A stretch of 27,108 nucleotides of DNA from IMG/VR virus record IMGVR_UViG_3300028840_003723, positions 1 through 27,108 of that record; one strand, given 5' to 3'. This document shows, one piece after another, positions 9,539 through 15,606 of this stretch (its first letter is position 1; each line of letters starts with the position of its first letter). The notes under the pieces were generated by a model. The model ran no database searches. It worked only from the letters and a program-made list of their open reading frames with translations, and was not told the DNA's origin. The position numbers and the translations under genes are program-made. Origin of the DNA: a virus. Its lineage: Duplodnaviria > Caudoviricetes.

Positions 9539-9876
9539 GTCGCGTTCACCTCCTTAAAACCATCGTACAATTCTGCGACATCGGAAGGTGCCAGGGGTTT
9601 AAGATCAACTAATTGAAAATCACAAATTTTTGCCATGATTTCAGAAATGGTAGCCCCGTACTGAGTCAGATCCTCCATAAGTCCTTTTTCTGCTTCGGTA
9701 TCAGCCGGGTCCTCTCCGTTTTGGGATTTCTTGGCATCAGGAGTCGCAGATTGCGTAAAGAAAGCATTTTGCTGGCTTAAATCAAGTATGTCCTGAATGG
9801 ACAATTCCTTGATTGTAAAATCTTTCGTACTCCCATCATCAAGTTCTATTTTAACGGTCTTTACTTTTCTTGCCAT
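9439..9876 (-). CDS. Tail assembly chaperone (gpG-like)
   Basis: Located between the tail tube and TMP genes; contains a canonical slippery heptamer. Confidence 0.85.
   Translation of the reverse strand: MARKVKTVKIELDDGSTKDFTIKELSIQDILDLSQQNAFFTQSATPDAKKSQNGEDPADTEAEKGLMEDLTQYGATISEIMAKICDFQLVDLKPLAPSDVAELYDGFKEVNATFLGVLEKLKIPEMVSKTIQKHMSNFSKMLAIL
9532..9556 (-). promoter_or_regulatory. Programmed -1 frameshift signal: internal SD TAAGGAGGTGA plus slippery TTTTTTA
   Basis: Minus strand reads TAAGGAGGTGAACGCGACTTTTTTAGG, with the heptamer in X XXY YYZ phase. Confidence 0.8.
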
Positions 9877-9898
9877 CTTTGTCCGTCCCTATCCTATT

Positions 9899-10492
9899 TT
9901 AAGCAGTTGTTGTTGTGGTGCTGGTGGTTGTCGTGGTGATCATCTTATAATCGAAGTACGGGCTGGATGCATGATTTGCAGTATCAGCAAGCCCCTCCGC
10001 CAGATAAGACATGGTTAGATATTCATCACCGATTAATTGCATTGGACCATTCGGCTTAATCGTCGTTCTCCTGAAAAAGGCGATTGACTGTGGGCCAATG
10101 GGGTTATTTGAAACAAAGATAATGGCATATTCTTTGTCCGCTCCCTGCATACCAGCAATTGTTCTGGTGGCTTCATCCAAAGTACCGAGCAAAAACATAT
10201 TCAGGTTGGAAGCTGCCACTTCATCCAGGGTAAAATTGAGAGAATATTCAAGGGTGGTGATAGGATTCAGATCTTTGAGATTGATTCCTTCCCTGCTTGA
10301 ATAATGGGGTCTGTTTTCAGTAGCCGGCTCAATCTCGAAAGACGGAGCATTACCGATGTCGACAAAATCACCGAGCGACCCGGCTTCATATGCTGTGGGA
10401 TAAGTAGGGGGCGTGGTTCCAACCCAAGGCCCCACATACATAATTCCCCTGCCCGCAGGAACATATAAACTCGTGCTATGCGGAATAGTCAT
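9899..10492 (-). CDS. Major tail tube protein with C-terminal poly-Thr tail
   Basis: GRGIMYVG...DIGNAPSFEI...HYSSREG siphoviral tube-like pattern and position; ends ITTTTTSTTTTTA. Confidence 0.85.
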   Translation of the reverse strand: MTIPHSTSLYVPAGRGIMYVGPWVGTTPPTYPTAYEAGSLGDFVDIGNAPSFEIEPATENRPHYSSREGINLKDLNPITTLEYSLNFTLDEVAASNLNMFLLGTLDEATRTIAGMQGADKEYAIIFVSNNPIGPQSIAFFRRTTIKPNGPMQLIGDEYLTMSYLAEGLADTANHASSPYFDYKMITTTTTSTTTTTA

Positions 10493-10942
10493 TTAAATTC
10501 CTCCTGTATCATGGACATATTTGTGAATGGCGGTGATCTGGAAAGCAGCAAAAGGTTTCCACAGATTCACCTTCTCATTTAATTCAAGGGTGGTCTCGAT
10601 GCATAATCCGTCCCGGGTTTGGTCTTGATATAGAGCAGCCCAGCAATCATCAGCTACATTACTAATCATGGAATCCATATCTGAATTTACTTGCAAATAC
10701 ACAAAGATATCCGTTTTCAATTCTGATATAATTTGATCAACATTTACTCGACGATCACTAAACTTTTCTAATGGGGTGGGCATTCTTCCGACAACGGCAG
10801 AAACAGGAAATTGTGTTTGAGCATAGCACTTTAAGCTGGTATAATCCGGCATCACTCTTTGAGCGGTTTCCACAGCAGGAACTGCCGTGATTAGATTATA
10901 ATCAGCGGTTATGATTTGCTCTCTCTTACTATTCTCAGCCAT
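10493..10942 (-). CDS. Putative tail terminator/completion protein
   Basis: 149 aa, immediately upstream of the tail tube; N-terminal SKREQII pattern. Mainly positional. Confidence 0.65.
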   Translation of the reverse strand: MAENSKREQIITADYNLITAVPAVETAQRVMPDYTSLKCYAQTQFPVSAVVGRMPTPLEKFSDRRVNVDQIISELKTDIFVYLQVNSDMDSMISNVADDCWAALYQDQTRDGLCIETTLELNEKVNLWKPFAAFQITAIHKYVHDTGGI

Positions 10943-10947
10943 AATCT

Positions 10948-11415
10948 TTACCCTTTTGAATCAATGAGTTTTTGATAATATGATCTTACAATTTTCATTA
11001 TGCCTTTTATATCATCCTGATTCAGAGCAAAGAACTCTCGATCCTCATTCAGAAAAAAGGCTTTCTCCGGATTTCTTGCCCCGGAGGAGTCGGTTGTATT
11101 CATAAAAAAGATATCAACGGAATTCCGGTCATACTCAGCCGTCATGGCGGACAGCATAGAGCCAGTACGGGTCAAATCAACAAAGTTTACTTGATACCCA
11201 TCCTTGGCCCTCTCTTTGGCATAAAAGGGGTTATATGGCTTAAAATCAACACCATCCACATCTTCCCCTAAAATGGTTCTGGCCTTAATCTGGCGCATAG
11301 CAAAGAAACCAATATCACCCATCATAGGGCGAGCAAAAGCCGTGTTTTCCAGGGCCTTTGCTTTTTGTTTGATTCCTGCTAAGCCATCAATTGTTAATGT
11401 GATCTTGCCAGCCAT
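10948..11415 (-). CDS. Phage virion morphogenesis/neck protein
   Basis: Start moved to ATG 11415 (MAGKITL), 1 nt after the upstream stop. GEDVDGVDFKPY, LTRTGSML and REFFAL motifs. Confidence 0.75.
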   Translation of the reverse strand: MAGKITLTIDGLAGIKQKAKALENTAFARPMMGDIGFFAMRQIKARTILGEDVDGVDFKPYNPFYAKERAKDGYQVNFVDLTRTGSMLSAMTAEYDRNSVDIFFMNTTDSSGARNPEKAFFLNEDREFFALNQDDIKGIMKIVRSYYQKLIDSKG

Positions 11416-11416
11416 T

Positions 11417-11857
11417 TTACGCCCTTGACAAACGCCTTGGAGCATTCATCTTATATTCATCATACTCAATTGCGCCGGAATCATCCCAATCATATGAAAG
11501 CCCCATACCAATGATAGTATCGAATTCGTTGCCGAATAGTTTAGCAAACAAATCCATATTCCTTTCAAAGCCATCTGGTTCAGGGCAATCTTTCATGAGA
11601 ATCATATAAGCGAATTCTAAGGTTTTATAACATTCAAGACGAGTCAACGCCCCATCCTCAACCTTTGTGGGATCAAATAGCGTCAAAGTAGGATCAACCC
11701 CTTGAACCTTGGCTGCTTGATTATACCAGCGAGCAACCAGCATCCGGTTAATCACATCAAATGCTTCAAGCCGCTGTTTTTCCCAATCATCAACGCCAAG
11801 GTCAAGAATATTGCTTCTATAGGTCAACAGGTCCTGATCTGTGCAATAAGTCGCCAT
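11417..11857 (-). CDS. Putative head-tail adaptor
   Basis: MATYCTDQDL N-terminus typical of adaptors; position after the capsid genes. Confidence 0.7.
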   Translation of the reverse strand: MATYCTDQDLLTYRSNILDLGVDDWEKQRLEAFDVINRMLVARWYNQAAKVQGVDPTLTLFDPTKVEDGALTRLECYKTLEFAYMILMKDCPEPDGFERNMDLFAKLFGNEFDTIIGMGLSYDWDDSGAIEYDEYKMNAPRRLSRA

Positions 11858-11869
11858 GACTTTCTCCCT

Positions 11870-12217
11870 TTAAATGGTGGAGCCTTCCTGAACAACCGGG
11901 ACATTTACCCCTTTCTTTTCATTGATTCCCCGGTGGGCGCCAACTTTAATATCATCAGGGTTGGCCCCTTCCGTATTGATGGAATCCCCAGGAATATAAA
12001 CTAAAACATCCGGAGGTTCAGTCGCATCAACGGGAATTTGAGGATAACCTTTATCCAGCAGAATCTTTGCTACTCTGATATCATCAGTTGTGAAAGATCC
12101 GCCTTCAAAATCGGCCAATGCCCGGTTGTTATCAGGATCCCAAACTACTTTGGCCAGGTTCGATTTATAAAACCTGAACTCCTGTTTTTCATTCACTTTT
12201 GGATTATTCCGTTTCAT
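11870..12217 (-). CDS. Hypothetical protein (head region)
   Basis: 115-aa ORF in operon register; no function recognised. Confidence 0.7.
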   Translation of the reverse strand: MKRNNPKVNEKQEFRFYKSNLAKVVWDPDNNRALADFEGGSFTTDDIRVAKILLDKGYPQIPVDATEPPDVLVYIPGDSINTEGANPDDIKVGAHRGINEKKGVNVPVVQEGSTI

Positions 12218-12258
12218 AATTTTCTGCCTTTCTTATGAATGGTTAAATTAAGCCACCA

Positions 12259-12465
12259 TTAAGCGGTAGTTGAAGTGGTGGTTGATGAAGTTGATGAAGT
12301 TGATGAAGTGGAACTGGTCGTTGAAGTAGTGGTAGTCGACCAGACCCCGCTCACCTGCAGATGTCTGTTCAGAGCTTTAAAATAATTCCTTTGCTCTGGA
12401 TAAATAGCAGGGTTGGTTTCCATGAACTTCCGTTCTTTTTTATAGTCCTCGTTTGCCATGGTCAT
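12259..12465 (-). CDS. Small protein with a C-terminal Thr/Ser tail of about 26 residues (possible capsid decoration)
   Basis: SD AAAGGGAG; directly after MCP; ends WSTTTTSTTSSTSSTSSTSSTTTSTTA. Confidence 0.75.
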   Translation of the reverse strand: MTMANEDYKKERKFMETNPAIYPEQRNYFKALNRHLQVSGVWSTTTTSTTSSTSSTSSTSSTTTSTTA

Positions 12466-12510
12466 TCTCCCTTTAAAAGGTTAAAGTATCAGATCCCGGG
12501 TAATCCCTTA

Positions 12511-13476
12511 TTAAAGGGAAGTGGTCAGGTTCGTGATTTTACCATGGAATTCTTCAGGGCCATAATCAAGACCAAGCTGACCATAAATCTGGCCGCGTTC
12601 AGAAGCACCGGTTTTGGCAAGCTCTTCATAGAAAAGAACACCTTTACCAGGTACCGGCAGGAATACGGGGTGACAAACATCAAGGTCTGCTACCAACAGA
12701 GTTGAGGCTGGGACATTCGGAGCCCAAATCACCCCAAACTGAGCAAAATCAGTTTCAATCTGTTTAATATTCATGCCACCGATATTCCGGTCTTCAGGGG
12801 CGTATCCGTAAATCTCAGTGATCTGCTGTTTGTTAAAAGCATTCACAAAGATCACCGGGTTTCTGAATTCTGCCCCGTTTGAAGCCATATTCCTGATCAG
12901 TTCGTTGAACATATTTCTGGACAGGGCCGTATTTGAAGCATCCACGGTATTTGTAGAACAGGCGGTAATGATTCCCCTGGTTTTGGCAGCAACGCCTGCA
13001 CTGGTTACTTTCTGATAAGCACCGTTTAGAAAAGTGTAATCAGAATTGACGGCAATCTGACGCAGATGGGCTGCAATCTGAAAATCTTTTTCATTCTGGA
13101 CAGGCTGATTTTCATTCATATCTACCAGTCCGGTGGTGGCATCCGCTACGATGGAGCCAGGCACAGACTGCTTGGCGTATGAAATAGATACCGCCCGCTG
13201 GAAAATCTGGCAGGTATTTGTATCCTGACCACGAACATAAGTCCACGGGGTGGGAGCAGTCAGGGAAGCCGTTTCTGTGATAGCTGGCTGGCTCGCCGCT
13301 TCAAGGGCATAGGGCTGCGCCAAAGGGAATTCAAAAGACGATACGGTTCTGATTCCTGCGCCCTGGAGCCCACCAATCATATTAAGAAACGGAGTTTGGT
13401 TTGCACCGATCAAATAAAGCTCACCGGTATAATTCGGACAATTCCAAGAGGTACCCGCTGCATTTACATTAGCCAT
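12511..13476 (-). CDS. Major capsid protein (HK97 fold, SU10/DUF5309-like)
   Basis: 321 aa after the scaffold. TPFLNMIGG, NTCQIFQRAVSIS and ELAKTGASERGQIYGQLGLDYGPEEFHGKI motifs; strong SD AAGGAG. Confidence 0.9.
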   Translation of the reverse strand: MANVNAAGTSWNCPNYTGELYLIGANQTPFLNMIGGLQGAGIRTVSSFEFPLAQPYALEAASQPAITETASLTAPTPWTYVRGQDTNTCQIFQRAVSISYAKQSVPGSIVADATTGLVDMNENQPVQNEKDFQIAAHLRQIAVNSDYTFLNGAYQKVTSAGVAAKTRGIITACSTNTVDASNTALSRNMFNELIRNMASNGAEFRNPVIFVNAFNKQQITEIYGYAPEDRNIGGMNIKQIETDFAQFGVIWAPNVPASTLLVADLDVCHPVFLPVPGKGVLFYEELAKTGASERGQIYGQLGLDYGPEEFHGKITNLTTSL

Positions 13477-13508
13477 TTTTGTTTCTCCTTAAATGGACAA
13501 AAAGACTC

Positions 13509-14375
13509 TTACCGGCCCGCTTGCTCTAAAGTAAATATTTTATTCTTTAGGGTTATAGCAAGTTGAGTCTGACCGTTTTCCAAAGCCTTTTTGTGTTGCT
13601 GTTTTAGTGATGTGAGATCATCCCCATCACCGGCATTTCCTTTTCCACCTTGGCCACCTGATCCAGACCCGGGAGCAGTCATAATTTCATCACGACCAGG
13701 ATATTCGTCAAGAATGATCCCCATTGCTTCATTGAAGCCCGCTGGTTCACCCGGATTGACCTTTGAAATGATTGGTTCACCATTTGCATGATATGCCCTG
13801 AGAACAGACTCCCCATCATCGTCCTCTACCTTAAAATGCTTACCGAAGTAAGATTCAGCGATATCTGGATTCAAAATGGTTTTCTTTTTCTCACCAATAA
13901 AATACGGGCTTGATGCAAATTTATTGCTAACCATTAAAGTCCTGATCTGTCCGTCTTTCCCAGCAAGTTCATTTGCATGGCTTTTCAGGGTATCCGCCAG
14001 GATGGCGTCTTTAGCACTCAATTTGGCATCATAAGAATCTTTCATGTCGGCCTTGAGCTTTTCAACTTTGTCGGCTTTCATCCAGTCCTTGTCGTTGAAG
14101 TTTTCAACGGTGGCCAGAGCTTTATCAGCATTTTCTTTCCATTCGGAAATATTCTCAATATCTTTAAAGTCGGCGTAAGTGTCCCGGAGATTCTTATATT
14201 TATCACGGTCAACTTTGTTTTGCCTTCCAAGATCACCGATTTTCACATACATGGCGGCCGGATCAAGCGGCAATTCTTTCTTGTCGGGATCCTGATCGTC
14301 ATAATAAACAATCTTTTGATCTTCGGTCATCTTCGGTGCATTTGTTTCTGAATCAGTTACTAATACTAGTGCCAT
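13509..14375 (-). CDS. Capsid scaffolding protein (DUF6651-like)
   Basis: Charged coiled-coil N-half, YFGKHFKVE motif and Gly-rich GSGSGGQGG near the C-terminus; immediately upstream of MCP. Confidence 0.8.
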   Translation of the reverse strand: MALVLVTDSETNAPKMTEDQKIVYYDDQDPDKKELPLDPAAMYVKIGDLGRQNKVDRDKYKNLRDTYADFKDIENISEWKENADKALATVENFNDKDWMKADKVEKLKADMKDSYDAKLSAKDAILADTLKSHANELAGKDGQIRTLMVSNKFASSPYFIGEKKKTILNPDIAESYFGKHFKVEDDDGESVLRAYHANGEPIISKVNPGEPAGFNEAMGIILDEYPGRDEIMTAPGSGSGGQGGKGNAGDGDDLTSLKQQHKKALENGQTQLAITLKNKIFTLEQAGR

Positions 14376-14462
14376 TTTTGTACTCCTTGTCCATTCGGAT
14401 CGTTAAAATTTTGACGGGTCATTCTATTCAGAAGTAAGCCGCCGGTCTTAATTTAAAAAGGA

Positions 14463-14957
14463 TTAAAATAAAAAAAATCTTGCATCTCCTGCCTTGAAAT
14501 TTCTGACATCAAAATGAAACCATGATACCTCCTTTTCAATTGCAGTGATATACTTAAACTCCTCCTTATTCTGGTTGCTAATTATATATGACCTGACATC
14601 AACTGCCAAAATATTTTTAAACGAACTATCCAATGCCCGGCCAGAGCAATGCTGGCTGGTGAAAGATGACCAAGATGCCCTAATTTCCCCACTTTCCTTA
14701 TAATATGCGTGATCGATTAAGGTCATGGGATCCCTATACCCACGATCATCAAAAACCCCGCCCCACATATAATCGTTGACGATCATAGGACCAAAAAGCT
14801 TTCTTAATTGCTCAGCCGTCCATAGAACCCTGGAGTCCATCAGGCGCCATATTTGGGGATCTATCCAATCACCTTCCCGCAAATGCTGCTTGATAATATG
14901 CGGTGGAAAGATTTCCTGTGGTTTAAAAATTCTTTGATCTGGAATAAAATGCTGCAT
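14463..14957 (-). CDS. Peptidase M15-family Zn peptidase (endolysin-like)
   Basis: RGYR, SQHxxGRALD and WFHFDVR motifs (His/Asp/His ligands); SD AGGAGG. Confidence 0.85.
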   Translation of the reverse strand: MQHFIPDQRIFKPQEIFPPHIIKQHLREGDWIDPQIWRLMDSRVLWTAEQLRKLFGPMIVNDYMWGGVFDDRGYRDPMTLIDHAYYKESGEIRASWSSFTSQHCSGRALDSSFKNILAVDVRSYIISNQNKEEFKYITAIEKEVSWFHFDVRNFKAGDARFFLF

Positions 14958-14984
14958 AGTCCCTCCTAAAAATAATTTAAATAA

Positions 14985-15006
14985 ATGTCACTTTTTTTCG
15001 TGACAT
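14985..15006. promoter_or_regulatory. Inverted repeat ATGTCAC-N8-GTGACAT overlapping the -35 of the moron promoter (candidate operator)
   Basis: Perfect 7-bp arms seen in sequence. Confidence 0.5.
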
Positions 15007-15028
15007 AATAATTAAGGTGGTATATTAT
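15000..15028 (+). promoter_or_regulatory. Sigma70-type promoter for the 84-aa moron gene
   Basis: GTGACA-17 nt-TATTAT with an AT-rich upstream region. Confidence 0.7.
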
Positions 15029-15074
15029 CCTTAACAGATCGAAACAATAACAACAAAAACAAAGGGGAAACGAC

Positions 15075-15329
15075 ATGGAACTCAACAGAATCAAATCAAT
15101 CACAGACAAAAACATCGACCGTATCATTAACGAAAACCTTTATAGAGGGCATGAAAAAACTGAAACAATCCTCTCCATTCAATGCATGGACAAAGATATC
15201 CATGTTACCTTTAACTTTGAGCAGGAAGAAGCCACCATCAATAATTATCACAATGGTACCCGTAAGACTGTTTTTATGGAATTCATGGCACCTAAACTTA
15301 TTCACTCAAAACTCCAAACATTCTGTTAA
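15075..15329 (+). CDS. Hypothetical moron protein, 84 aa
   Basis: Only convincing plus-strand gene inside the late operon. It occupies otherwise non-coding space and has its own promoter, SD (AAAGGGG) and terminator. Confidence 0.8.
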   Translation: MELNRIKSITDKNIDRIINENLYRGHEKTETILSIQCMDKDIHVTFNFEQEEATINNYHNGTRKTVFMEFMAPKLIHSKLQTFC

Positions 15330-15340
15330 TCAATCCAACA

Positions 15341-15380
15341 TAAAAAAGATAGAGGGGGCTTCGGCCCCCTTTTTCTATTT
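15341..15380. terminator. Bidirectional intrinsic terminator
   Basis: Stem AGGGGGC-TTCG-GCCCCCT (15353-15370) with a T-tract on the right and an A-tract on the left, between convergent genes. Confidence 0.9.
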
Positions 15381-15606
15381 AATAAGTTGTGTCAGGATTT
15401 TTCTGTTGATTGATATACCCTAAAATGGTGGCATTCCCCAAAACAGCTATCATCCTTTTCCCTATCACTAAATCAGGATCACCCTGCGCCGGATCAACTT
15501 CAATTGACTGGGCATCATTAAATACCTTTTTGATTGTTGGGTTATCTGAATCAAGTTCACCATTTGTGATCACAAAATTTCCCAATAATGATTTTATTTC
15601 AATCAT
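15379..15606 (-). CDS. Small acidic protein coupled to the MuF gene (candidate immunity protein)
   Basis: ATG at 15606 overlaps the MuF stop (ATGA); 75 aa, MIEIKSLLGNF... Confidence 0.65.
   Translation of the reverse strand: MIEIKSLLGNFVITNGELDSDNPTIKKVFNDAQSIEVDPAQGDPDLVIGKRMIAVLGNATILGYINQQKNPDTTY

Noticed and set aside
12466-12520. Frameshift or read-through joining MCP to the Thr-tailed 68-aa ORF (CTT TAA end)
   Set aside because: The two ORFs are in the same frame but separated by three TAA codons, and both shifted frames hit stops before 12465.
14396-14421. Imperfect palindrome CGTTAAAATTTTGACG upstream of the scaffold gene
   Set aside because: Could be a regulatory site, but it is short, AT-centred and single-copy, so support is insufficient.
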